A stretch of DNA of 64,000 bases from Candidatus Versatilivorator sp. (GCA_965207735.1 OZ242296.1:5184001-5248000), one strand, 5' to 3'. Positions 40,451 to 51,109 are shown, counted from the stretch's first letter. Numbers and translations: made by a program. Notes: generated by a model from the sequence alone, not told the origin.

Positions 40451-41410
40451 ATGACAACCAAGGAAGACCTCCCGGTTCAAGTGCTTTCCCCCGGAGATTC
40501 GCTCCCCAAGGCGGAGGGGCCCGGGTTCAAGTCGGGATTCGTGACCCTGATCGGCCGTCCCAATTCCGGCAAATCCACCTTGCTCAACCACCTGTTGGGG
40601 GAGAAGGTCTCCATCGTCTCGGACAAGCCTCAAACCACCCGGCACAAGATTCTGGGTATCCACACCCGAGCGGAAGGGCAGATCGTCTTTGCCGATACTC
40701 CGGGAATTCACAAACCGGGCTATGAATTGAACCGGCGTATGATGCGGGCGGTTTACGATGCTCTGGAGGGAATCGATTTGCTGCTGGCCATGGTGGACGT
40801 CACGGCCGCCTTCGGTTCCGGCGCCCGCTACCTGCTGGAACTGATCCGGCAGCGCGGGCTGTCTACGCTGCTGCTTCTTAACAAGATCGACCTGCTGGCC
40901 AAGGCCAGGTTGCTTCCGCTCATGGATTTCTATGCCAGGCAGTTTCAATTTGCCGAAATTATCCCCGTGTCCGCCTTGAAGGGGGACAACCTGGACCTGC
41001 TGCTGGAACAGATCCTGAAGTACCTGCCTCCGGGACCTGCCTATTTCCCCGACTCCCAGTTTACCGATTCTCCGGAGCGCTTTCTGGCGGCCGAAATGGT
41101 TCGGGAGAAGGTGGTCAGGCATACTGAAAAGGAACTTCCCTATTCCACGATCGTTGTGCTGAACCGATTCGAGGAAGACGAAGAGGCGCCCAGGGTTCGG
41201 ATCTATTGCGACATCTGTGTGGAGAGAGAGTCCCAAAGAAAGATCGTCATTGGACGTCAGGGACAGAAGCTGAAAACCATCGGCACGGCGGCCCGCAAAG
41301 ACATTGAACGCCTGCTGGGCAAACCGGTCTATCTGGATTTGTTCGTCAAGGTGAGACCTAAATGGCGTGACGATCCTCGGTTTCTGGACAGCGAGCTGGA
41401 GGCTCGCTAA
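40451..41410 (+). CDS. era: GTPase Era
   Basis: GRPNSGKST, KPQTTR, DTPG, NKID, KH domain (VIGRQG). Confidence 0.96.
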   Translation: MTTKEDLPVQVLSPGDSLPKAEGPGFKSGFVTLIGRPNSGKSTLLNHLLGEKVSIVSDKPQTTRHKILGIHTRAEGQIVFADTPGIHKPGYELNRRMMRAVYDALEGIDLLLAMVDVTAAFGSGARYLLELIRQRGLSTLLLLNKIDLLAKARLLPLMDFYARQFQFAEIIPVSALKGDNLDLLLEQILKYLPPGPAYFPDSQFTDSPERFLAAEMVREKVVRHTEKELPYSTIVVLNRFEEDEEAPRVRIYCDICVERESQRKIVIGRQGQKLKTIGTAARKDIERLLGKPVYLDLFVKVRPKWRDDPRFLDSELEAR

Positions 41411-41479
41411 ATGTCAATCCCCCCGTCCGCCCATTTCCCGCCGGTGGATTAACCCCGGTTCTTTCGTGATCCGTCCGGA

Positions 41480-42115
41480 ATGAAAGTCAACGAGATCTAT
41501 CGCAGCATCCAGGGAGAGTCCTCCTATGCGGGGCTCCCCTGCGTGTTTGTGAGGCTGACCTACTGCAACCTGCGGTGTTCCTATTGCGACACCGAGTACG
41601 CGTTTTACGAGGGCGAGGACTTCACTGTTGAAGAGGTCTTGAGGGAGGTTCAGTCTTTCGACTGTCACCTGGTCGAGATCACCGGGGGGGAACCGTTGCT
41701 GCAGGAGGAGGTCTTTCCGCTCATGGACGAGCTGGTCGGCAGAGGCTACACGGTGCTGCTGGAGACCGGCGGCAGCCTGGATGTCGGCCGGGTCAATCCC
41801 AAGGTCATCAAGATTCTGGACTTGAAGTGCCCCGGCAGCGGCGAATCGCAGCGCAACCTCTACTCCAATCTGGCCAAGCTTCAGTCCTGGGATGAAGTGA
41901 AGTTCGTGATCGGCGATCGAGCCGACTACCTGTGGGCCAGGCAGGCCTTGCAGGAGCACCAACTCACCGACCGCTGCTCGGTCCTCTTCTCGACCGTCTT
42001 TGGAAAGCTGCCCCCGCGCCAATTGGCGGACTGGCTCCTGGCGGACAACCTGAAGGTGCGCCTGCAGTTGCAGATGCACAAGTACATCTGGGAGCCGGAG
42101 GTCAGAGGGGTTTAA
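41480..42115 (+). CDS. queE: 7-carboxy-7-deazaguanine synthase (radical SAM)
   Basis: SIQGE, CNLRCSYCDT, TGGEPLLQ, LQMHKYIW. Confidence 0.9.
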   Translation: MKVNEIYRSIQGESSYAGLPCVFVRLTYCNLRCSYCDTEYAFYEGEDFTVEEVLREVQSFDCHLVEITGGEPLLQEEVFPLMDELVGRGYTVLLETGGSLDVGRVNPKVIKILDLKCPGSGESQRNLYSNLAKLQSWDEVKFVIGDRADYLWARQALQEHQLTDRCSVLFSTVFGKLPPRQLADWLLADNLKVRLQLQMHKYIWEPEVRGV

Positions 42116-43161
42116 AAGGAGGGGACGGCGTAGTAGCCCTTTCGGCTCTTCACCTTCAGGTTCTTGATTCGATTGCTCTCCACGTAGACTCGAATCCTGC
42201 GGAAGGAGACCGTGTCGGGCAAGGTGTTGGGAATGTAGCCCAACACGTACTGGTTTCTGGCCGACCGGGTGATGATCGGATAGGTCCTGGCCAGGCGGTC
42301 GGTCTTGAACGGAAAGAGCATCTCGCCGCCGGTGGCGTCGGCATACTTGGCGACAGAGCCTCCCGTGAGAACGGATCTCACCGGAGTAATCCCGTAGACC
42401 GCGATTTCAGCCCTCAGCAGGGCCTCCAGAGTGTCCTCGTAGGAGTTGCGGTTGCCGGGGGCGTTGCGACCCTCCGAAATAATGAGGATCATCTTGCGCC
42501 TTTCGCGCGAGCGCCGGCGCCTCAAGGCCTGGACAGCGGCGAACACGGCGTCGTGAATATGGGTGTTCCAGGTCTTGGACGGTTGCACCCTGCCCCGAGC
42601 GTTATCCAGCTCGATGCCCCCCAGAGTCGTTTTCCCCGAGAAGGGTCCACTGGTTAGCCCCGGAGAATGGGGCTCCCAGTTGATCCTGCTTCTCAAGGCT
42701 TCCAGAACCTTGCGCTTGTCCAGGGTGAAGTCCAGGAGCTTGTCCGGGGTGTGGTCGAACTTGAAAACAGCGACTTCGTCGAAGGCGCTGAAGGACTCGA
42801 TCAGGGCCAGCAGAGTGGATTCCAGCCTCGACTGGGCCTGAGAGTTCAGGGTGCGGTCGATCAGCAGCACGGCCGAAAGCGGAAGCGGGTCCGAGGAGAA
42901 ATAGGTGAGTCTCTGAAGCACCTCCTCCTCAAAGACTCGAAAGTCTTCCTTCTCCAGTCCGTAGAGCGGTTGGTCGTTGCTGTCCCGCACGGAAACCGGC
43001 ACCAGCACCAGGTTGACCGGGATCCTTAGCGTGAAGGAGTCCTCCCCTGTCCCGCCGCCCTCTGAGGACTGGGCCAACAGTCGGGGACCCGTCGACAGGC
43101 ATAGAGCAATCAGGCACGCAACGATGGCGAGTCCTGGCGACCTGGTTTGCGGCTTCGGCAT
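42112..43161 (-). CDS. Secreted VWA-domain protein
   Basis: Signal peptide, VNLVLVPVSV, YVLGY, VKSRKGYYA; MIDAS degenerate (DRTLN). Confidence 0.85.
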   Translation of the reverse strand: MPKPQTRSPGLAIVACLIALCLSTGPRLLAQSSEGGGTGEDSFTLRIPVNLVLVPVSVRDSNDQPLYGLEKEDFRVFEEEVLQRLTYFSSDPLPLSAVLLIDRTLNSQAQSRLESTLLALIESFSAFDEVAVFKFDHTPDKLLDFTLDKRKVLEALRSRINWEPHSPGLTSGPFSGKTTLGGIELDNARGRVQPSKTWNTHIHDAVFAAVQALRRRRSRERRKMILIISEGRNAPGNRNSYEDTLEALLRAEIAVYGITPVRSVLTGGSVAKYADATGGEMLFPFKTDRLARTYPIITRSARNQYVLGYIPNTLPDTVSFRRIRVYVESNRIKNLKVKSRKGYYAVPSF

Positions 43162-43207
43162 GGTGCAATTGCCCTGACGGGTGTTCTGTGTCAGAAGGTT
43201 GGCAACC

Positions 43208-44206
43208 CTATTTCTGAGACAGGACACTAGAGGGCGCGTAGTATCCCTTCCGGTACTGCAGCTTGACCTTCTTTCCTTTGACATTGATCTTGATTCGACG
43301 GAAGGCGCCATCGCGGCTGGAGTTGGTGGAGCGGTAAGCCACCGCGTATTGGCTTCGCAGTTCCTCCGAAACTCGAAAGAAGCTCATGGCCAGGTCGTCG
43401 ATCTTGGGTGGGAAGTAGGCTCTGCCACCGGTGGACTCGGCCAGACGCTTGAGGATCTTGTCCTGCTTGGGCTGCGCCATCCCGAAAAATCCGCTGTTGT
43501 TGGTGCTGATGGTGTAAATGGATATTTCCGACCGCTGAGCGATGGCTATGGACGAGTCCAGGGTTTCATAGCTCATGTTGTCGTCGCCGTCACCGATAAG
43601 GACCAGGATCCGTCTCGGCGCGGTCAGCCCTGCCAGTTTCTCCTGGCAAGCGAGCTGAATGGCATCGTACATCTTGGTGCCGCCGCCGATTCTCACCGAC
43701 TTGACGGCCTTGGACAATCTGTCGGGATCGTCCACGAAGTCCTGCAGCACGTCGACGGTGGAGTCAAAGGTCATCAACAGCCCTTTGTCCCGCTTGCGCT
43801 CTATCGTGTTGTGGAAGAAGTCGATGGCTGCCTCCTGCTGCACTTTGAGGCTGGCCCTGGCGCTGGAGCTGGTGTCCATCAGCAGGACGACAGCCAGCGG
43901 CTGATCCGATTCCCGGGAAAAATTGGTGATGGTCTGCAGTCGGCCATCCTCGAAGACCCTGACACGGTCTCGGGTCAGGTCCGGAACCAGGTTCCCTCTC
44001 TTGTCCCGGGCAGTGAAGAGGACGTTGACAAGGTCGACGTCGATCTGAATCTTTTCCTTGGGGCCCTCGGAGACTCCCGCGCCGGCACCGCTCCCGCTTT
44101 GGGCCGGGACCTGTGAGCAGAAGACCGCCAGCCAGGCCGGCAGGAGCAAGCCGGTCAGGACTGCCCGCCACAAGATACCGGGGCGATCATGGCGCAAATA
44201 GTTCAT
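43208..44206 (-). CDS. Secreted VWA-domain protein
   Basis: VDLVNV, DTSSS MIDAS, GDGDDN, STGGRAYFP, ELRSQY, RKGYYA. Confidence 0.9.
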   Translation of the reverse strand: MNYLRHDRPGILWRAVLTGLLLPAWLAVFCSQVPAQSGSGAGAGVSEGPKEKIQIDVDLVNVLFTARDKRGNLVPDLTRDRVRVFEDGRLQTITNFSRESDQPLAVVLLMDTSSSARASLKVQQEAAIDFFHNTIERKRDKGLLMTFDSTVDVLQDFVDDPDRLSKAVKSVRIGGGTKMYDAIQLACQEKLAGLTAPRRILVLIGDGDDNMSYETLDSSIAIAQRSEISIYTISTNNSGFFGMAQPKQDKILKRLAESTGGRAYFPPKIDDLAMSFFRVSEELRSQYAVAYRSTNSSRDGAFRRIKINVKGKKVKLQYRKGYYAPSSVLSQK

Positions 44207-44237
44207 GGGAAAAGTATAAAGGGGAGGCTTGCAGCCG

Positions 44238-45200
44238 TCAACCGGCCCGCAGATGCTCCAGAAAGCGTTGCAGTTCCTCCGGCAGAGGGGAGGAGAACTC
44301 CAGTGGAGTCAGTTGGCGGGGGTGGTGAAATTTCAGGAAGGCGGCGTGGAGAAAGTTCCGTCCCAACCGGGGGAGGGGGCGCTGCGGTTCACCGGCGAGA
44401 ATGCGGACCGGAGCCCCATAGAGGGTGTCGCCCACCACGGGGTGTTTCTCCGAGCTGAGGTGGACCCGGATCTGGTGAGTGCGGCCGGTCTTGAGGTTCA
44501 ACTCCAGCAGGGTAAGCCTGGGAAATCTCTCCAGGACCCGATAGGCGGTGTGGGCCGGCCGGGCCTGCCTGGTCCGGGTCGTCATCCTGATGCGGCGGAC
44601 CCTGTCCCGGCCAATAGCGCTCCGGATCTCGCCGGTTTCCCGTTGAACCGCGCCGTGCACCAGGGCGATGTATTTCTTGGTTACCTGTCTGGTCTGGAAC
44701 TGCCGGGCCAGCCGGTGATGGCTGAAATCGTTCCTGGCGACCACCATTAGCCCCGAGGTGTGCTTGTCGAGGCGGTGCACAATGCCGGGCCGCTCGCCGC
44801 CTCCCGCCTCGGAGAGAGTCCGAAACCGATATAGCAGGGCATTCACCAGCGTGCCGGTCCGTACCCCGGCTCCCTGATGGACGACCATCCCGGCCCGCTT
44901 GTCGACCACGGCCAGGTCATCGTCCTCGTAGACGATCTCCAGCGGAATGGGCTCCGCCTCCAATGCGCTGGGAGCGGGGGAAACCGGGCGAACACGGATC
45001 TCTTCGCCACCCTTGATTCGGTAACCGGACTTGCAGGGGCTTCCGCCGATCAGCACCTGGCCGGTTTGAATCAGTCCCTGAATCTGCGCCCGGCTCCGTT
45101 CGGGAAGATGGTGCTGCAGGAATCGATCCAGGCGGTTTCCGAGGTCGTCTGCCCGGGGGCGAAGCTTCAGCTCCGGAGTGGGATTGGGTGGGCGGCTCAT
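44238..45200 (-). CDS. RluA-family pseudouridine synthase (RluD-like)
   Basis: S4 domain (RLDRFL), RPGIVHRLDKHTSG, TGRTHQIRVH, VVGDTLYG. Confidence 0.93.
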   Translation of the reverse strand: MSRPPNPTPELKLRPRADDLGNRLDRFLQHHLPERSRAQIQGLIQTGQVLIGGSPCKSGYRIKGGEEIRVRPVSPAPSALEAEPIPLEIVYEDDDLAVVDKRAGMVVHQGAGVRTGTLVNALLYRFRTLSEAGGGERPGIVHRLDKHTSGLMVVARNDFSHHRLARQFQTRQVTKKYIALVHGAVQRETGEIRSAIGRDRVRRIRMTTRTRQARPAHTAYRVLERFPRLTLLELNLKTGRTHQIRVHLSSEKHPVVGDTLYGAPVRILAGEPQRPLPRLGRNFLHAAFLKFHHPRQLTPLEFSSPLPEELQRFLEHLRAG

Positions 45201-45241
45201 GCGGTTCGCCCTCACCGGCTGGAGGTGTTCACAGCAGCGGG

Positions 45242-46039
45242 TCAACCAGCCGAGGCTGTACGATGGCGCTGTCTCAGCACCAGGAAAAGTACCGCTGCCG
45301 CGGGGAACAGAAGCAACCCGATGAACTGAGAGGTGGACAGCAAGCCGCCGAAGACAAATCCACGGCCGGCGTCTCCTCGAAAGAACTCGATGACAAAGCG
45401 GGAGGCTGCATATCCCACCAGGTAGAGAATAAATACCTGGCCGTCGAATCGCTTTCTGCTCAAGCTCAACCACAACAGACCGAACAGCGCCAGGTTGGCG
45501 CCCGCCTGGTAGAGTTGGGCAGGATGCAGCGCAACCTCCAGGGGAACCCCAACCACCTGGTGGCTGTAGGGGTCGCTGAAGACGATACCCCAGGGTTGGG
45601 AGGTGGGCTTGCCGTGGCAGCATCCGGCCGAGAAACATCCCAATCTCCCAATGGCCTGGCCCAGGGCGATTCCGGGAGAGCAGAGGTCGGCAACCTTCCA
45701 GACCGGGAGACCTTTTCGCCAACTCATCCAGATCCCGGCGATGGCCGCCAGGATGAACCCCCCGTAGTACACCCCACCGGAACGAAGTGTGGCCAGAGAG
45801 AGAATTTCGCCTGGATGGTCGGCATAGTAGCGAAATTCGGTCACCAGAAAGAGGAGCTTGGCTCCAAGCAGCGCCGAGATGGCGATGGTGACTCCCAGAT
45901 CGTAGACGGCCGCTTTGTCGATGCCTTCTCGTTCCGCGGCCCGGGCACTGAACCACAGTGCGGTCAGGAAGGCCAATGCCAGCAGGAATCCATAGGTGTG
46001 AAGCGGAAAGTAGCCGAAGTCCAGCAGTATGGGGAACAA
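45242..46039 (-). CDS. lgt: Prolipoprotein diacylglyceryl transferase
   Basis: YYGG, GQAIGRLGCF.AGCC.G, HPAQLY, RFVIEFFRGD. Confidence 0.93.
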   Translation of the reverse strand: MFPILLDFGYFPLHTYGFLLALAFLTALWFSARAAEREGIDKAAVYDLGVTIAISALLGAKLLFLVTEFRYYADHPGEILSLATLRSGGVYYGGFILAAIAGIWMSWRKGLPVWKVADLCSPGIALGQAIGRLGCFSAGCCHGKPTSQPWGIVFSDPYSHQVVGVPLEVALHPAQLYQAGANLALFGLLWLSLSRKRFDGQVFILYLVGYAASRFVIEFFRGDAGRGFVFGGLLSTSQFIGLLLFPAAAVLFLVLRQRHRTASAG

Positions 46040-46050
46040 GGGAGGTCCTC

Positions 46051-46554
46051 TCAGGAACCCGTTCCGGGAGCACTTGCCCCCGCGTCGGATTCCTGGGTCA
46101 GAGTCTCAATCAGGAACAGGCCGATCCCGATGGTGATGGCGGAGTCGGCCAGATTGAAGGTGGGCCAGTGATAGCTCCCATAGAACACATCGATGAAGTC
46201 GGTCACGTAGCCATAGGAGAGACGGTCATGGAGATTGCCGGCCGCGCCGCCCAGAATCAGCATCAGTCCCCACTGCAGCCGGCCGTGGCTGACCGAATTG
46301 CGCAGGGCGAATCCCAGGATGAGCAGGAAGGCCAGAATGGAGACTGCCGCCAGCCCGACCGGGACCCAGGGCGAAGCCGAGCCGCTGAGGATGCCAAAGG
46401 CCATGCCCGTGTTCCGGGTGTGGGTGAGCTCGAGAAAGCCGGGGATGACCGTCTTGATCTCATAGAGTCCCAGGCCCTCTTCGATCAGTTGCTTGGTCAG
46501 GCGGTCGCTCACAAACACGCCAAGAGCAATCAGGAAGTAAGCAAGCCGTTTCAT
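46051..46554 (-). CDS. lspA: Lipoprotein signal peptidase II
   Basis: DRLTK, NTGMAFG, GAAGNLHDR, VTDFI, FNLADSAI. Confidence 0.95.
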   Translation of the reverse strand: MKRLAYFLIALGVFVSDRLTKQLIEEGLGLYEIKTVIPGFLELTHTRNTGMAFGILSGSASPWVPVGLAAVSILAFLLILGFALRNSVSHGRLQWGLMLILGGAAGNLHDRLSYGYVTDFIDVFYGSYHWPTFNLADSAITIGIGLFLIETLTQESDAGASAPGTGS

Positions 46555-46608
46555 GGGGCAGGGTGGCCGCATGGGCCGGGTTGACCCGAAATGACAGGCG
46601 CCGGTCGA

Positions 46609-49452
46609 TCAGGGCGCCGCCATGCCCGGGTCGAACTGGTCGGGTGTCACACCGAGTTCCTTGAGTGTGGAGGAACACTTGAGGCAGACCGCCGGGAAAT
46701 CGGGATCGCTTCCGACTCCGGGGGAGTAGATCCAGCAGCGCTGGCATTTCCCCCCCTCGGCGCGGCTCACCGAAGCCCGCAGTCCCTCCGCTTCCTCGAA
46801 AAAGGGCGCCTCTGCCGATGGAGCGTCCAACTCCACCTGAGACACGATGAAAAGCGCCGGCAGCATGGCTTCGTAACGCTTGAGGACTGGAGCGTAGCCG
46901 TCTTCCCCGGACAGCGTGACCTTGGCTTCCAGGGAATTTCCGATGAACTTGGCCTGGCGGGCCTCCTCCAGGACCTTCAGCACGGTGGAGCGAACCCGGA
47001 TGAGCACCTGCCAGTTGTCCAACTGTTTCAGCGATTGGGAAGACAGTCCTTCGATCAAGCTGTCGGCGGGGACAAAGCGCGCCAAATGCACGCTCGCCGG
47101 TCTCTCAGCCGTGGCTGAGAGGTGCTCCCAGATTTCCTCGCAGGTAAAGCTGTAGATGGGAGCCAGCGCCCGGGTCAACGCTTCCAGGACGCGGTAGAGG
47201 GCGGTCTGGGACGATCGCCTCGGATGCGCATCGGGCGCCGCCGTATAGAGCCTGTCCTTGAGGACGTCGAAGTAGAACGAGCTCAGCTCGACGGTCAGGA
47301 AATCGTAGACCCGGTGGTAGATCCGGTGGAATTCATAAGTCTCGTACCAACCGTAAATCTCCTCCAGCAGCTGGCTGGTCCGCATCAGGGCCCACTGGTC
47401 CAGCTCTTCCAGGTCGGGTGTCGCCACCGAATGCTCACCCGGCGAGAAATCCGAGAGGTTGCCCAGCATGAATCGAGCGGTGTTGCGGAACTTGCGGTAA
47501 CCGTCGGAAAGTCGGCGAATCAGATCGGGAGAGATCCGAATGTCCTCCCTGAAGTCGCTGGCCGCCACCCAGAGCCGCAGAATCTCGGCGCCGTCCTTCC
47601 CGACGATCTTTTGCGGCTCGATCACGTTACCCCGCGATTTGGACATGGCGCGCCCCTGGGCATCCAGAGTCCATCCGTGGGTCAGGACCTGCCGGTAGGG
47701 AGCTCCCTGCCTGGTAGCGACGCCGACCAGCAGGGAACTGTGGAACCAGCCCCGGTACTGGTCGCTGCCTTCCAGGTAGATATCGGCGGGCCAGGGGACA
47801 TCGGGGCGGTGGCCCAGCACCGACGCCTGGCTGGCTCCCGAGTCGAACCAGACATCCAGAATGTCGTATTCCTTGCGAAACCGGTCCCCCCCGCACCCGG
47901 AGCAGCGGGTGCCGGGCGGCAAGAGGGCATCGACAGGGCGGCTGAACCAGGCATCCGCCCCTTCCTCCTCGAAAATGGCCACCACGCGGTCGATGATCTC
48001 CGGCTCCAGCAGCGGCTCCTGGCAGGTGTCACAGTAGAAGGCGGTAATGGGAACTCCCCAGACCCGCTGCCGGGACACGCACCAGTCGGGACGGTTGGCG
48101 ATCATGCCGGAGATGCGCTCCCGCCCCCATTCCGGAAGCCAGCCAACGCCCTGGATGGCCTCCAGGGATTTCTCCCTGAGGTTGCGGTGTTCCATGGAGA
48201 CGAACCATTGGGGCGTGGCTCGGAAGATGACGGGCTTGTGGCAGCGCCAGCAGTGCGGATAGGAGTGAGAGATGGTCTCGGCCGCAAGCAAGGCCCCTCG
48301 ATCGCCCAGCAGTTGCAGGACCGTCCCATTGGCATCGAATACGCGCATTCCCTCCACGTGGGGAGTGCCGGCCACGAACCGCCCTCCGCCGTCTACCGGG
48401 CAGTAGATGTCCAGATCGTGGGCTTTTCCCAGGGCATAGTCTTCGTGGCCGTGGCCGGGAGCCGTGTGCACGCAGCCGGTTCCCTGCTCCAGGGTGACGT
48501 GATCGCCCGGCAGACCGGGGGAGAGGCGGTCCAGGAAGGGATGGCGCGCCACGAGGTTGGCAAGCCGTCTGCCTTCCATGGCGGCCAGGGTCGGGCCGGG
48601 CTTGAATCCGCAGGCCGCGGCCGTGGACGCCACCAGTTCGGAGGCGATCAGAAAGACCTCGTCTCCGACCTCCACGGCCGAATACTCCAGATTGGGATTG
48701 AAGGCGATGGCCAGGTTGGCCGGCAGTGTCCACGGGGTGGTCGTCCAGATCACCACCGCCACCTTCCTGTCCTTCAGAGCCGGATGCAACAGGGAAGGAT
48801 CCGACTTCAAGGGAAACTTGACGTAGATGGAGGGGCTGGTGTGGTCCTCGTATTCGACCTCGGCCTCCGCCAGAGCCGTCCGGCAGGAGCAGCACCAGTG
48901 GACGGGCTTCAGTCCCTTGTAGACGTATCCCCCTTTCACGAATTGGCCGAAAGTGCGGGCGATGGCAGCCTCGTACCGGTGGCTCATGGTGAGATAGGGT
49001 GCGTTCCAATCTCCGAGGATGCCCAGCCGAATGAACTCCTTTCTCTGCAGATCCACAAACCTGGTGGCGTACTGCCGGCATTCCCGGCGGATCTGGACAG
49101 GGGTCATGCCGGCCTTTTTCCGGCCGAGCACCTGGTCGACCTTGATCTCGATCGGCAGTCCGTGGCAGTCCCATCCGGGGATATAAGGCGCGTTGAATCC
49201 GGCCATTGTTCTGGACTTGACGATGAAATCCTTGAGAATCTTGTTCTCGGCGTGGCCGATATGGATGTTGCCGTTGGCGTAAGGAGGACCGTCGTGCAAG
49301 AGGAACACCGGACTTCCGGCCCTGAGGTCACGAATTTTCCGGTACAGTTGGAGTTGGTCCCAGCGTTCCAGGATGCGAGGCTCCAGGGTGGGGAGTCTGG
49401 CCTTCATCGGAAAGCCGGTTCGGGGCAGATTGATGGTGTCCTTCAGTTTCAT
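46609..49452 (-). CDS. ileS: Isoleucine-tRNA ligase
   Basis: HDGPPYANG.IHIGH, GWDCHGLP, WTTTPWT, AMSKS, C-terminal zinc finger. Confidence 0.98.
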   Translation of the reverse strand: MKLKDTINLPRTGFPMKARLPTLEPRILERWDQLQLYRKIRDLRAGSPVFLLHDGPPYANGNIHIGHAENKILKDFIVKSRTMAGFNAPYIPGWDCHGLPIEIKVDQVLGRKKAGMTPVQIRRECRQYATRFVDLQRKEFIRLGILGDWNAPYLTMSHRYEAAIARTFGQFVKGGYVYKGLKPVHWCCSCRTALAEAEVEYEDHTSPSIYVKFPLKSDPSLLHPALKDRKVAVVIWTTTPWTLPANLAIAFNPNLEYSAVEVGDEVFLIASELVASTAAACGFKPGPTLAAMEGRRLANLVARHPFLDRLSPGLPGDHVTLEQGTGCVHTAPGHGHEDYALGKAHDLDIYCPVDGGGRFVAGTPHVEGMRVFDANGTVLQLLGDRGALLAAETISHSYPHCWRCHKPVIFRATPQWFVSMEHRNLREKSLEAIQGVGWLPEWGRERISGMIANRPDWCVSRQRVWGVPITAFYCDTCQEPLLEPEIIDRVVAIFEEEGADAWFSRPVDALLPPGTRCSGCGGDRFRKEYDILDVWFDSGASQASVLGHRPDVPWPADIYLEGSDQYRGWFHSSLLVGVATRQGAPYRQVLTHGWTLDAQGRAMSKSRGNVIEPQKIVGKDGAEILRLWVAASDFREDIRISPDLIRRLSDGYRKFRNTARFMLGNLSDFSPGEHSVATPDLEELDQWALMRTSQLLEEIYGWYETYEFHRIYHRVYDFLTVELSSFYFDVLKDRLYTAAPDAHPRRSSQTALYRVLEALTRALAPIYSFTCEEIWEHLSATAERPASVHLARFVPADSLIEGLSSQSLKQLDNWQVLIRVRSTVLKVLEEARQAKFIGNSLEAKVTLSGEDGYAPVLKRYEAMLPALFIVSQVELDAPSAEAPFFEEAEGLRASVSRAEGGKCQRCWIYSPGVGSDPDFPAVCLKCSSTLKELGVTPDQFDPGMAAP

Positions 49453-49514
49453 GGTGGTGAATCCGGAGGGAAAACTCCTGCGGCGGGGTTTGATAAGGCC
49501 AACAAAAACGCGGA

Positions 49515-49544
49515 ATTATAGACGAAATCCCCCGCCCTTGTCCA
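49515..49544 (-). promoter_or_regulatory. Possible ileS promoter
   Basis: Minus strand TGGACA-18 bp-TATAAT. Confidence 0.4.
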
Positions 49545-49762
49545 TGGAGCGGGACCCGGTTCGCCCGGGAGGGGAAAACGGTCCCAGCCGCCGGTAGGCG
49601 ATCAAATTTGCGTGACTGGAGCGGGGATTATGGTAATATTTTTTTGAGGGTGTGCCGCCAGAGACGACCCCGAGGGTCGGGCCGGCCCAATGTGCATCTC
49701 GTTCCTTCCCGTCGCCAAACAGGGGTGGCGAGGATCGGCCTAACAGGGATGAAAGAGCAGCC

Positions 49763-51109
49763 ATGAATCCACTTGCGGAACAAAAGGGCCTGGTCGAGTT
49801 TCTGGAAGCTGCCTTGGAGGAGGCCAGGGGGCAATCGCCCGTTGACCCGCGGCAAATCCAGCGCTTGGAGGCTGAATTGGCCCAGGCCCGAAGCGATTTG
49901 TCGCGCCTGTCGTCTACGAGTGAAGGTCGGGACAAACAGACTCCGGCCGTGGCGGCGCCCTTCAGGGTGGCGACAACCTTGCAGCCCTGGTACCGGACCT
50001 TTTTCGGCAACCTGGCGTCGCTGTTCCTGCGTGAGGAAAAACAGTACGACATCACCGCTCGGCCGGTGGAAGCCAACCTGATGGTCGAAGACCGGGCCTG
50101 GGGTTCGGATTTCTGGTCCAACCTCAAATCCTATTTCGGTCGAGAGGAAAAAGACTACCGCATCACGGCGCAGCCGGTGGCCACCCACCTTCTGGTGGAG
50201 GATATCCCCTGGTACCGCGCCATTTTTTCGGGAATCAAGGGGATCTTTGTCAAGGAAGAGCGGCGGGAGATCGAGGTGACCGCCCAGCCGGTCGAGGTTG
50301 CCGAGATCTTTCAAGACTACAAGATCCGCTCGAGTTCGTTCGTCCTTTCGGTAGCGGTGCAGTGTCTCTTCGTGACGGCCATCGTTTTCGTGCCGCTCCT
50401 GCTGATCAAGGACGTCCCATTGACGGCCAACGAGACCGAGATTTATTTCATGTCCAGGGTGAAGCTGGTTGCGCCCAGGCTGGGGCCCTCCGGCGGTGGG
50501 GGCGGGGGCGGATTGAAGGCTCCCAAGCCTCCTTCCAAGGGACGGCTTCCCAAGCCGTCCGACAAGCAGCTGACCCCGCCGACGCCCAGGATTCGCAACC
50601 CGAGGCCTCTGTTGCCGGTGGAACCGACCGTAATCGTTCCTCAACTGGCCCAACTGCCGGCCATCGACCTGCCCGACTACGGAGACCCGCTGGGGATTCC
50701 GGGTCCGCCTTCGCCGGGACCGGGAAGCGGCGGCGGCATCGGCACGGGTACCGGGACGGGTGTCGGACCTGGAGACGGCGCCGGGGTGGGGCCGGGCAAG
50801 GGCGGCGGCATCGGTGGGGGCGTCTTTCGGGTGGGCGGCGGTGTGACTCCTCCCACCGTGCTGAGCCGCATCGAACCTGTCTACTCCGAAGAGGCCAGAA
50901 AAGCCAAGTATCAGGGCGTGGTGGTTCTGTCGGCCATTGTGCGCAAGGACGGAAGCATCGAAATCCTGAAGGTCGTCCGCAGCCTGGGCTTGGGCCTGGA
51001 CGAGAATGCCATCCGGGCTCTCAAGGCTTGGAGGTTTCGCCCCGGAATGAAGGGTGGGAAGCCGGTCGACGTGGCCTTGAACATCGAGGTCAACTTTTCT
51101 CTTCGTTAG
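49763..51109 (+). CDS. TonB-family protein with three 37-aa N-terminal repeats
   Basis: TM helix, Pro/Gly-rich linker, TonB_C (P.YSEEARKAKYQG.VVL, LGLGLDENA, WRFRPG). Confidence 0.88.
   Translation: MNPLAEQKGLVEFLEAALEEARGQSPVDPRQIQRLEAELAQARSDLSRLSSTSEGRDKQTPAVAAPFRVATTLQPWYRTFFGNLASLFLREEKQYDITARPVEANLMVEDRAWGSDFWSNLKSYFGREEKDYRITAQPVATHLLVEDIPWYRAIFSGIKGIFVKEERREIEVTAQPVEVAEIFQDYKIRSSSFVLSVAVQCLFVTAIVFVPLLLIKDVPLTANETEIYFMSRVKLVAPRLGPSGGGGGGGLKAPKPPSKGRLPKPSDKQLTPPTPRIRNPRPLLPVEPTVIVPQLAQLPAIDLPDYGDPLGIPGPPSPGPGSGGGIGTGTGTGVGPGDGAGVGPGKGGGIGGGVFRVGGGVTPPTVLSRIEPVYSEEARKAKYQGVVVLSAIVRKDGSIEILKVVRSLGLGLDENAIRALKAWRFRPGMKGGKPVDVALNIEVNFSLR

Noticed and set aside
44238-46073. 611-aa extended RluA ORF
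   Set aside because: The extension overlaps lgt in another frame; the plausible start is ATG 45200
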